This document shows, piece by piece, positions 39,838 to 52,643 of a stretch of DNA of 64,000 bases. How positions within the stretch are numbered: the stretch's first letter is position 1; every line of letters starts with the position of its first letter. This stretch comes from Cycas panzhihuaensis. Taxonomy: Eukaryota; Plantae; Cycadophyta. The stretch spans positions 190,533,741-190,597,740 of the forward strand of contig CM041465.1 in the NCBI GenBank assembly GCA_023213395.1, read 5' to 3'. Position numbers and translations under genes: made by a program. The notes below the pieces were generated by a model, which saw only the letters and a list, made by a program, of their open reading frames with translations, was not told where the DNA came from and did not search any database.

Positions 39838-41412
39838 TGTTCAGGAACATAAAATCATACATGTATGTTTCTATCCACAGAATCTTTAACCATATATAGC
39901 AAGCAAACAAAAATACACACAGAATATAGATACATGGTACAAAGGATTTACATGAGAAAACCCTTTCGGGAAAGAAACCCACCACAAAAGATCCTTTTGG
40001 ATCACATTGATTATTTCACAATTGATTAATACATCGATACATTGAATACACAACGGGATCAAGGCTTTTAGATTCTTCTAAGAGATATCACCTGATTAGG
40101 GTTGTAACCCTCCAAATATCTCACACCTTTTCACTTAATTACCTTAGTTAAACCATATTAACATTAACTTAGTGGCTTAATAAATAATTGCCACATTAAC
40201 ATCCCCCCTTAATGTGAATATGGAGAGCCTACAAATTGTAACAATTGTGTTATCACAAAGGCTAGGACTATCTTGTAGCTTCTTTATCCTTGTTGATACA
40301 TCCTCCATTAAGGTTAATATCGATGAGTCCTAATCTAGAATGCATCTTCGTAAATTGATCTTCAATGAGTGGCTTGGTGAACATGCCTATAAGATGGAAT
40401 TCACTGAGACAATAGTTAACCTACAACTTCCTTGACTTGATCTATTCACAGATATAGTGATGTTGAATCTCAATATGCTTTGTATGTGTATGAAACTCTA
40501 GATTCTTCGACAAATACTTAGTACTCTTATTATCAACAAAGATAATCAGATGTCTATTGGAAACTCCAAAAGACCTTACAACCATATAACTTCCTTTGTA
40601 CCATCATTAAGTCATTGACATTTAGCCTTTGTAGAAGATAATGCCACTATTTACTTCTTCTTTGACTACCATAAAATAAATCTATTACCAACACCAAACA
40701 AGTATCTAGCAGTGGACTTCTGATCATCAGAGTGTCCTCTCTAATTAGCATCCATGTAGCCATGTAATCTTGTCTTCTCACCTTGATGGTATTCAAGACC
40801 AAAATTGATTGCCCCCTTCAAGTATTTTATAATCCACTTCGCAGCAACCCAATGAGGCTCCTGATGATTCTGCATATAATGGGAAATCATTCCAACAATA
40901 TATGTGATATCTAATCTAGTAAGAGTTAAGTAGATTAGACTCCCTATCAATTGGTGATACTTCATTTCATCTACAGAGCGTTTGACTATATTATTCTACA
41001 ATCTTGTGCCCTTAACACACAGTATTGTAATAGGTTTACAATTTTGCATTCTAAACTTCTCCAGTAAGTTCTTTATATAGTGTGACTGTAATAACATAAT
41101 CTGATCATCCATCTGCCTGATTTGAATACCCAAGAAATAATGAAGTCTCCTAAGGTCTGTCATGTCAAAAGAAGCTCCCAAATTAGATTTAGCTTTAGTT
41201 ATAGTTTTATCACAGTTATTGCCAATGATTAAATCATCCACATACATCATATAAGCAACTATTGAAGTCCCTCTTCTTTTCACATATACATTTTGATCAA
41301 GTTTAGAAATTTTGAAACCTTTAGATTTTAACTTGGTATCCATCTTCTCATACCAAGCACAGGGTGCTTGTTTCAGGCCATAAATTGATTTCTTATTTAA
41401 TCTTAGAGGGTG

Positions 41413-41469
<57 letters not shown>

Positions 41470-44400
41470 CTCCTTTATATCTCTATTAAGAAATACAGAC
41501 TTAATGTCCATCTCGTGTAACTCCCAATTATAAGTAGTCGCTAAGGAAATGATCAATCAGACTATTTTCATTCTAAAGACTCGTACAAATGTTTTCTCAT
41601 AATTAATTACATCTTTTTGCTTGAAATCTCGAGTGACAAGTCTAGCCTTGTGCTTATTTACCTCTACATCACAACAGAACTTCATCTTATAAACCTACTT
41701 GCATCCAACAAAATTCTTTGTCGGAGGGATTAGAACCAAATCCCATGTATCATTATTCATCAACAAACCATACTCTTCTTCTATCATAGCTCTCTAATAT
41801 GAATCTCCTTTCATCTCTTCAAATAAATCAAGATCACTAGAGTTGTTGGTATCTACTAGCACAGTTCAACTAGCATGTTGACTTCTGATTATTTTATCAT
41901 TAGTAAGGATATGCATCACTACACTAGAATCTTCAATAGTCTTCCTTGCCTGTAAAGGTATAGAAGGACCCCTTGTTGGAGGTGCTTCTTCTTGTGATGA
42001 CTCCTTACTGTTACTCATCCCACTTAGTCCCACTTCCTCATGTATTATGGTGACTAGCTCATCATCCTCTTTGCTTGATGAATCTAGGAATGGGAGTAGC
42101 AAGGGATAAAAAGGCTTTTTTGATGGTCTTTGAGCATGATACATTAATGAAACATTAAATTTTTTATCTTAACTAACTATAATCTTTTTCTTATATGCAT
42201 CACATAGTCTATAAGCTTTATTCTGATCATAATATCCCATGATATATACACTTTAGACTCTTCTGATCTAAACTTTTGCGAGTATCATCTTAGATGTGGG
42301 TGTATGCAATACACCTAAAAGTTCTTAAATGGCTAATGATAGGCTTCTGACCAGCTCATTTTTCTTTAGGGTCATACTATGAATAGCCTAAGTAGGTACC
42401 TGGTTTAAAATATACACAACAATTACCACAACCTCTGCCCAAAACATCAGTGGTAGATTTTTACTATGTACCATATACCTCGCCATCTCCATCATGGTAT
42501 AATTCTTTTTTTCAGTAACTCTATTCTATTGTGGGGTATATGGGACCACAAAATCTCACTTAATACCATAATTATGATAGAACTGATTAAATGCATGATT
42601 ATCGTATTTCTTCCTATTATAACTTCTTAATGACTTAATCTTCTAATCACTTTCATTTTCCACCATCGCTTTCTAATCACAGAAGTGATCAAACACATCA
42701 AATTTGTTCTTGAGAAAGTATATCAAGGCCTTCTTGGTGTAATCATCTACAAACATAAGGGTGTAACAAGCTCCTGATATCGAAGGGTTTGGGAGTGGTC
42801 CTATTATATCTAAATGCACAAGCTCCAACTTTTCCTTGGCTCTCTAGGCATTATCCTAAGTGAAAAGATAATGGTGATGCTTGCCATATATACACCATTC
42901 ACAAATACTATATGAGCAAGAAACCGATAGCAATCCTTCTACCATCTTCAACCTCTTCAGTAGTCTGATGATCTTATAGTTAAGGTGTCCTAGGCGATTA
43001 TGCCAAAGTTTACTCACATCATTAGCACTAATGACAAAGGCATAAGACTTCTTCTAAAATTCAATTTTCTCAAACACCCAAAAGTTATCTTTGACTTTTA
43101 CAATAGCAATGATAGAGAAGTTTTGCTTTAGATCCTTAATCAAGCATCTGTCTGTCTTAATAAAGCTCTACCTTCATACCTTGTTTGTAAATTTCTCAAG
43201 TTAAAAGAAGGTTTAACTACATCTTGGGTATATAATATACCCCAATAAACTGACCATCTATAATGGATACTTCGTTAATACCTTCTACCAATAATACATG
43301 AGCATATCCAAGGATAATTTTTATACCACTATGATTTTCATTCATCGTATCAAAGTTGCACTTCTAGTAAGAGATATACTTCTACACTCCAGAGTTAAGA
43401 ATCTAATAATCTCTATGATTATACTTAGTTGATAAGGTTGTCACCCTGACGTAGTGAGTAACAGCACTCTTTCCTTTGTCATCTTGGCTTACTTTATGCT
43501 TATCATGTCTTTTGAACCAATGGTTTTTATCTATGTGACCATCCTTCTTACAGTAATTACATTGATCATTAAACTTATTCTTTTCATAGGAACTTTCTCC
43601 AGACCTTTGTGTGATCTTGTCCTCTTGAGTGGACTCCTTCCTTTGAGTCTTTATGGCTAAGATCTGACTTGATTCAAAACCTCTAAGAATACCATGATGT
43701 TTTAACTAGGCATCCTCTGCTAGAATAAGGTTTTTAAGACCATCAAAAATCTCTGCCTCTATCACCTCATCTCTGTCGTATACGGTCTGTAAAATGGTGA
43801 ATGTAACTAATAGCTTCAACATGATTATCACAAATAACAATGCATCATCAATTAAATTCTCCTTGAGTTCTTCTAGATTATTCTTCAAGTTTGTGATCTT
43901 ATTTAGGTAGGAGTTGATATTATTTTTATCTTTCACATGCGAATTAAGTAATTCTAACATCAGGGCAAGATGTCCATTTATCTTCTTTTTCTCAAAAGCA
44001 TCACACAATTCTGTCCAAATTTCATCCAATTCATCTAGATTATGAACCAAAGTTCTCCAATCCAACACTAGTGATAGTTTCAGTAATCCCATGGCCATAA
44101 ATTTCTTCTCTTTGAGTCAAACATGCTCTTTATGACCTAATGGAATCACGTCCACCTTAGCCTTAGTGATAACCTAGAGTTAATCCGCCATCAAAATAAG
44201 CTCCATATTGGCCTTCAACTCACTAAAATTATTACTATTAAAGATAACCTTAAGCATAATATACTCCATCTTGAGAAATAGTCTTCAACATAAGCCAAAT
44301 GACACCGAACGATTACCTAATAAACCTTCGAGATAAAAATACACCATGTGGTCTCCTCTAGCTTAGATGCATACTCTAGGGGTACTTTAAACACTGACTA

Positions 44401-45997
44401 TGCATGCCTTAAGTAGCTCACCAACTATTCTGCCCTCACAAATGGCAACAAAATACCTTTAAATATACTCAAAAGTCTCAAAAAAACCCTTAAGTCACTT
44501 TTTAAATGCTCCAAGAACTGAGGACTCCTTTTTACAACAATAATGCACAGTCTTCAAACTAAAAAGTATAATAATACTCCTCAATCTGCACTTAAAACAA
44601 GTCAAGAATACTTTAAATATACTCAAAGTACTTCACACTATAAAAATATGGTGTAATATCAATGGTAAATGGGCCTTTTCATAAAGTTATATTGAGGGGA
44701 ATATACCAAAGGGTATATTCCAATAATTGTGACTTTTTATAAATAGTCACACCTCATTACTTAACCCACATGCTTTAAATCTTTAATAAAATATATTAAT
44801 GATATTACTAAGGTTTGTACTTAATAAAAAATCATCAAATAAATCAATTGAAAAGTCATACAACGTGGTGATAACGGACACAATTACTGTAATATATACA
44901 CAGACTGTGTACTTTACACGGACCACTGCATAGAGTAATGAACACATATAGACTTTGTATGACTTGTAAATAGCCTGTACACTACCTAGTCACCTCTAAA
45001 ACATGCCCAACCACCTTCAAAACATAACCAACCAACTTTAATAAGAATCTAGCTAACCTTAATACAATTGTTATGAGCTCAACTCATATATAAGACTATA
45101 AAAAAATGTTAATAAAGTAGTTTACCTCAAAAAGAATACTAACTTCTACTATTGTACACTCATTCCAACACTCACATATAGACATAAAAACACTAATATA
45201 GGCTACAATCACATCCACGGGTGTTAAGGAAACATTTAATAGCAAATAGTAATAAAGAACATGCTTATTTCATCGATTTTTATGGTATTTTGATGAGAGA
45301 GATAATTGACTTACATGTACATATAAGAGGCTATCCTCAATACTATTTGATCTTCATTAGCACACACTTCTACTAGCTCCAACAATATATGTATACATCA
45401 ACCAGTTTCAAGCGACCCCTAACAAGCTACCTCTTTCCACGTCCATGGCCTACACATCTGAATATTAATAACAATTGACCATTTTTCTTTGTCGATTAGT
45501 GATTTTTACTACTTCAACCACCATTGATCTATTGTGCCTCCTTCTACATATTGCTTGTATTAATGGACCCTTAAGGCAAGGCCTGGGTTTGACATCTTCA
45601 CTTGGTAACTAACAATCTCACCACTCCACTCAATTTTCAGCTTTAGTTATATAGGACCCTTTAACTCTGATACCATGTTTAGAAACATGAAATCATATAT
45701 ATATATTCTCTTCCATAGAATCTTTAACCATACACAATAAGCAAATAAAAATATAAATAGAATACAGATACATAGTACATAAGATTTACATGGAAAAACC
45801 CTTTCGAGAAAAAAAACCCACCATAAAAGATCCTTCTGGATCACATTGATTATTTCACAATTGATTAATACATCGATATATTGAATACACAAGGGATTAA
45901 GGCTTTTATATTATTCTAATAGGTGTCACTCAATTAGGGTTATAACCCTCTGAATATCTCACACCTTTTTGCTTAACCACCTTAGTTAAACCCTATT
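39838..45997 (-). mobile_element. Decayed Ty1/Copia element Y nested in the 5' LTR of X; outer end of its 5' LTR deleted
   Basis: LTRs 39838-40201 and 45676-45997 (truncated). PBS rc at 45664-45675; PPT rc TCCCCCCTT at 40202. Gag start ~44269; RT ORFs 40996-41556 ('KSIYGLKQAPCAWY..YVDDLII') and 40741-40965. Confidence 0.9.
41417..41466. repeat. (AT)25 microsatellite inside the RT of element Y
   Basis: Directly visible; translates as IYIYIY... in ORF 40996-41556. Confidence 0.98.
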
Positions 45998-46628
45998 GTG
46001 TAATGGTCATTTTGAGGACTTTAAAATGTGTCAACTTAGATTTAGAAAAATTATCTTTAAGGGGGGATGTATCAAATGTAAACATGAAAACAAGGATAAT
46101 TCCTACCTTCACCTATAACTATGAAACTGACTAGAAGCTATGATTCCATATTTATATTAAGGAGGGATGGTAATAAACTTAGTTGACACTAGTTTTGTGT
46201 CAGGTTAATGATTTGTGTGATTTAGTCAGGATATACAAAGAGACATAAGTATCAAGGATTCATGGAGATATGATGAAGAGTCATGAGACATGATGAAGAG
46301 TCATAGTTATTAACTATGCATACCTCTTAAGGTATTATAAATATAACCTCCATATATATTATTAGATATCAAATAAGAAACAATGAATGCAAGTTATATT
46401 ATATGAGTGTACTAAGGTGCATTAAGCCCTAATAGGCCTAACCACCAAGGTCGAGTGATGATAATGGGTTATGAGACTGAGCAACATTTTAAATATAATA
46501 AAATCATCATATATTTAGTTAGGTTTTCTCCCATAGGAGTTTCCTATATAAATACTCATATATTATTCTATGAATTCTTATTATTCATGATCAAGGTCCT
46601 ATTGATGTATATTTAGTGTTTCTTCACA

Positions 46629-48754
46629 TCCAATGAAAATAAATAATGAACTTATATATTTAAGTCTAAGAAATACTATTATTTTATTAATATGTAGAAT
46701 TCTTAGTATTCTACTACTCTTCTTCTAAGATTGTTATACAAAGTTCTCATTGACTTAATTCTCGTATGATTAGCCCCCCACCCTAAGTCACCAAATAAAT
46801 TAGGATTAGTTTCAAATGTATTTAATTCTTTCATAGATACTCAATAATATTTGAATTAGTTTATAGATTCTTTCTTGGAAGGGCTTAGTGAGATGACCAT
46901 ACTAGAAATAAACAACAAAATAATAATAGATAGCCTATAGTGACGTGAAATAAATAATATAAAATATATAAGGAGCATTGAGATAGATACCAAGCATCAA
47001 AGCATCAAATATAGAAATTAATCCATTATTAAAAATAAAAATGATCATAAGTTTTGGTTAACATGGTTTCTATATTTATCACTAAAATAATAAACCTTTT
47101 ATGGAGCTAACTTTGATAATCATTTAAATAATAAAAGCTTATTAGAATCCTTCTCTCCTTCAAATAATTTATCCCTAAAGTTTTTATTTTCCTACCTTAG
47201 TCTTAATAGACCTATGACTTAAAATGCTTCACCTAAGAACTATGGGAAAGAAGCATATATATTTACTCTATCACTTATTAAAGCTTTGATATTAGAGACT
47301 CGACCCATCTTTATATCATCTTTTAGAAGCAACCCATATATATACACTTCTTATTAAGAATGACCTATCTTAGATAACATTTATATAAGCTCTTATGTAT
47401 GCAAGATCTTAAGACCTTTGCATTATAAATTTAATTTACTTGAGATATAGCTTCTTATTTTAACATTGCATCCATAGGGAATTATCCTTGGAAGAGGGTT
47501 ATAACTTGGAAACTAAAATATAAGATAAGAGATTAGATGCAAGGATTTATAATGATTGGCATCTTAAGAATCTCATATAGATAATAAGTTTAATAGGAAA
47601 CATAAGAGAAAAATACATTTAGGATGGAGATGGAATGAGACTTGATGTTAACAAGTATAGAATGCTCTAAAGGCAAGAAGAAGCAAGAGGGTATATAATA
47701 GGTAGAATTTGAGAGTAAATGGTATAAGTAGACAGTGTTGATAAAATAACTTATGTCAAGAGTCCAATAATAAGGGGTGTAGCGGGGTAGTATAAAAGAA
47801 ATAAGAGTGAAGGTATAGGGAGATAAATATGAAGTATGTAAGAAAGATTTATAAATAATAAAATGCAAGATAAGATTAATAAGGGATAAGGATGATGAAT
47901 GAGATTAAGGATCAACAACATATGATGTTAATATGTGAGGAATGAAGCATTAAATAAGGATGATAAGGGGTTAAAACAACATGTATTGAGGATAATATTA
48001 AGGACTAAAATATATAAAGAATTTATTCAAGAATAGTAAGTAAGAGGTGACAAGAACACTAAGAGTTTTATATAGGCAAAAGGGAAAGATATAGGAGATG
48101 GATATTGAAGTGGGGATGATGATAAGCATCTTGTAAACATGGGAAATAGAGTCATAGAGAAAGGATATAGAGGTAAAGGTGTGAAAAGGGGATAGGAGGG
48201 GTATAAGGTACAAATGAGATTAAAAGATATTATAGACATGGGATCCATATGGATAAAATAGAAAGTGAGGGTTAGATAATATAATAGAAATTCTTTATAT
48301 TACACATCAAAGAGAGAGATATGAGACACAAGAAGAATGAAGTATAATACTGAGTTATGTTTTGCTAGGAGTAAGACAAGGTAGTAGTATGTAGAAAGGA
48401 TTAATAAGAGGATGAGGGTTCTAAATGAGAGTTATCAATAAATAACTTACATAAGTAAGGGATAAGGACCAATGAAAGAGATATATAAGAACTATAAATG
48501 ATGGTATAGTTAATAAAAGATGAGTGAGATGGGATCTATAAATAAGCTTTGGGAATGAGGGGTTTATATAGAATAAGCAGGGAAGAAAGGTAAGGTACTG
48601 CTTATAAGAGAGTGGTTTTGATGAGGGCATATGATAGGGGTATGTAGAGAAACATATAAGGATTAATGAGAGGGTAAAATAGGATATAAACATTATTTAT
48701 AAGATAACTTTAAGGGTGTAAAGAGAAAAAAATGAGGCATTATACAAGGGATAT
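46629..48754 (-). pseudogene. Continuation of LINE copy B: ORF1 tail (plus) then ORF2/RT relic (minus)
   Basis: Collinear with 10424-12676, e.g. GAAATTAATCCATTAT at ~10819 and ~47014, and GATGGGATCTATAA at ~12448 and ~48528. ORFs 48421-48693 and 12299-12556 are visibly homologous. Confidence 0.75.
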
Positions 48755-51700
48755 ATTGAGTTAAACATTCAACTATAACATGAAATAATGAAGGAAACAT
48801 AACCTAGGATCTCTTAGAGAAGAAGTGTGTTAAGAGAATAAGATTATTAACATTACATCAATAGCATTATAAAGATAAGAAACTAAGAAAGTATGAACTT
48901 AAGCATATGAAAGATAAAAGATATGGAGTATGAGTTGTTCATATCTCCAATAACAAGATTAACTTGTATTCAAATAAGTAATATAATAATATCATATCTC
49001 ACACTCTTATATTATTTTGCATGAAAAATGGTCCTAATATATAGAGAAGGAAGAGAAACCTTAGGGGGTTGCATGTTTGACACTTATCAAACATGTATAC
49101 CTTAACCCATATGTACTCATATATGAAAAAGTATATGAGGGGTATATTGACTCTTTAGTCATAACTTTTTCTCACTAAAAGGAATGTGAGCATGTACTTT
49201 AGTATATTAGGTAATAAATCACCCTTATATAAAGTAAATAACACTACAACATAAAGTATAAAGTCCTAACATCCCCCTTAGCATTTACAATATTAATTTT
49301 TACCTGATATACTACACTAAATAGGAGGTTGCTCTAAATATACCTCCACTACAAGTTCATCATTTAGAAACATACTCTTCACATCCATTTGGTAGATTAT
49401 CTATTTGCATTGTGTAGTTTATACCAATATTGGTTTGATGGTGTGCATATTTATCTTAGGTGCAAAGGTTGCTCCATAGTTAATGCCTTCTTTTTATTTG
49501 AATCTTTTAGCCTACCATTAAGCTTTGTGATGCTCAATAGAATTATTATATCAGAATTTTATTTTATGTTTCCTTTTATAGTCATTTGCCAATTTTTTAT
49601 TAGAAAATTTTACTAAATCTAAAGTTTCATTCTTTACAATAGAATAAATTTACTTATCTACGATAACTTCCTACTTTTTATTTTTAGAACTAACCTTCTC
49701 AAAAGTAAAAGGTTCATCAATATAAAGTACATCAGTCGTAAGTGCATAATTGATTGATTACTACCTCGTTTTTTATAGATGATTTCTTTCTATAACTTAT
49801 GCATCTTGTATTATCTAAGTATATCATTTGGGTAAGTTCTTTGATGCAAAAGTAATGACCTTAATGTCCTAGGCTTGAAGTGGCTAGTCAACATAAGGGA
49901 TACCAAGGTCAAGAGGTGTTATTGATGAAGATGGAGTAGATGTTTACGAAGAAGCAATAAGAGTAAATAAAGAACATGGTGTTAAAGATTATAAGGGAAG
50001 GAAGTCCTCAACAATCTATTTGCCTTTATCAAGAGGTAGATAGATGAATATTGGTTCCATCTTCTCATTATCCTTAGCAAAGATGACATCTCTAAATATA
50101 TGCATTTTCTTAAAAATAGGATCATATACTCTATATGATTTACTACTAATAGAGTAACCAATGAAAATATATTTTAGACTTTTATCATCTAATTTATTCC
50201 TTTGCTGTTAGGAAATATATATATATGCAGTGCACCCAAAAGTATACAAATGGTTAATAGTTGGTTTTTTCCCAAACTAAACATCCTCTAGTATTATATT
50301 AATGACTATGGTAGTAGGCCTCCTATTAGCCATATAAGTTATTATATAAAATACTGACATCCAATAAGAAAGTGAAAGCCCCTTTTACATGTATTATGAC
50401 TTTGACTGTATTTGCCAAAGTCCTTTTCATCTTCTTAGCTACTCTATTTTGTTGAGGTATATATAGAGTAGTGAGCTACCTTTAGATCCCATTATCTCTA
50501 CAAAACTGGTTGAGATCTCTTAAGGTAAATTCACTTCTATTATTAGATCATAATATTTTGATAGGCGTATATGATTCTTTCTCCACAATAAGTTTGAATT
50601 GTTGGAATTTATCCAAAGTTTCATATTTATATTTAATTAAATAAACCTAAACATTGTATGAAAAAATAATAATAAAAGTGATGTAATGTTGTACTCCTTT
50701 AAGAGATGGTGTGGACATGGGTCTATATAAATTAATATGAACCAACTATAATGGTTAAGATGCATGCCATACTTTACCTTTAGGAAAAGGCTCTTAATGT
50801 TGTTTCTCCATAATACAAGCTTCACAAAAGTATTTAGATATTAAAATCTTTAGAAGCTCATACACCATGCTTTTACTAAATATCATTTTTATGTTGTCTA
50901 AGCTTAAGTGGCCTAGCCTATTATTCTAAAGTTATTCTTTGGTCAGTGACATAGAGATAGAATATGTAGGAGAAGAATCAAGTATTTTATTTAAAGCATC
51001 TAATTTATAAAGGCCATAGTTTTCATTACTAATGGTAACCATTTGATCATTCTTGTCACTAATAGTTTATTTCCCACCTTTAAATAAAACACTTATTTAT
51101 TGCCTATCTAATTATTTAATAGATATAAGGCTCTTATACATTAATAGTAATAAATACGCATCATCTATGGGAAATATTTAAGTAAGGCAATCTGGTAAGT
51201 AGAAGGAGGTAATTTTTCCCACATTAGATATTTGTACAATCTTATTATTTCCAAAAGTGACTATTTACTCTTTACCTTCTTTGATACCATAGTGTAAATC
51301 CCCATCACCAATCATATGATGGTATGCTCTTGAATTAATAATCCAAGTGTTATCACTATTTATGGTGTGATAGGTACAAAACAATTTATCTTCTTCATTA
51401 ATAAACTGATTAATATGGCATTAATTACCACCTCTAAATGTCCCCTTTCCTATATGACCTCCTTGAAATCCACCTTAATTTAATCTATAAGGGGGTTACT
51501 ACTATTTTCATCTTTGTTACTATTGTTGTAGTTGGTGTTGTCACTACATTTACATGTTAAACTAACACTTTTGACACTCGAGTTAAATGTGGCCCTTTTT
51601 TCCATAACAATGGTAAATAATATTATTAACCTTTTTGTGCAAATATTTAGATTCTCAAACTATATATTAAAGTTTAGTTTAGGAGTTTATTTACCTTTAC

Positions 51701-52643
51701 ACTTTTATATGAATGCTCTTGAAGTATATGGTTCATCTTGATGAGGGTAGATTTGTTCCTCCTATAATAAAAGACTTTTAAATTGATTAAAAGTCATCAT
51801 GCCAAGTGTGCCTCATCTCATGATTAAAGAAATTAAGCTATTGTACTCCCTTGGTAGTGTAAGAATTGTGGCTAACACAAGTTCTTCATTTAAAGCCAAT
51901 TTCCCTAATATGGTCATCTGGTTGTTGATCTCTTTGAATGATGATAAGAAAATAGTCATTCTGTTAACAAATCTTGAAGTAAATAACTTTGCTTTTATTA
52001 TCAATGTGAGCAATATCTCACATTTTATATAAAGAAATCAAAATATCCTAAGCTTCTTTAGAAGTAGAAGTAATTATAATATTTTGATCAACAACATTAT
52101 CAATAATCATATGAATAAATACTAATGTTATTTCATCCTTAGTATTCCAAGTAGTAACCAAAACAGAATCAAGATAAATGATTATAGTATCATCAATTAG
52201 ACTTTTAGTTGAAATAAATTTAGGATTTTTCTCAGATATATAAGCCTAAAATTCATTTATAATAAGCAATTTTTTTACTTGTTTTTTCCATTCTTAAAAG
52301 TTATCTTATTATGTTAACTTAATATGTCTTATATTAAGCATATTTATTATCACCATTATGTTAAAATTATTTAATAATTTTTCTGTAGTTAAAAAATAAC
52401 TTAGAAACTCAAGGATTTTACCACTTAAGTTTTAACCACAAACATACTAATAGCCTTAATCTTACAAGATCCAACAACTAAAGACCATAATTTTAGAAGT
52501 AGAGGGTTAGGTAATGAGTTGGTCTAGCCCTAATTTTTTAAATAGATTTAATAGTTAACTAAGATTAAATTTAGAACAAGCAAGGTAGCATTGTTTTACA
52601 TGAACGTCTCATACTTTTCCTAGAGTTCACAACTCTAATAACA
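48755..52643 (-). mobile_element. Decayed Copia element V with most of RT/RNase H deleted and 5' LTR missing
   Basis: 3' LTR ~48755-49271 with PPT rc TCCCCCTTA at 49272. RT start motif (cf. KARLVAKGF.QKEGIDY.ETFAP) at ~49450-49530, only ~0.2 kb from the PPT. Integrase ~50050-50700; gag ORF 51813-52013; PBS-like 52632-52643. Confidence 0.75.

Larger units (their letters stand above)
39559..46628 (+). mobile_element. Old Copia-type LTR element X; internal region almost entirely deleted; hosts element Y
   Basis: Related LTRs 39559-39837 (partial) and 46168-46628. PPT TAAGGAGGGA at 46158-46167. TSD TCCAA at 39554-39558 and 46629-46633. Paralogous empty site TCTAA at 10424-10428. Confidence 0.8.
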
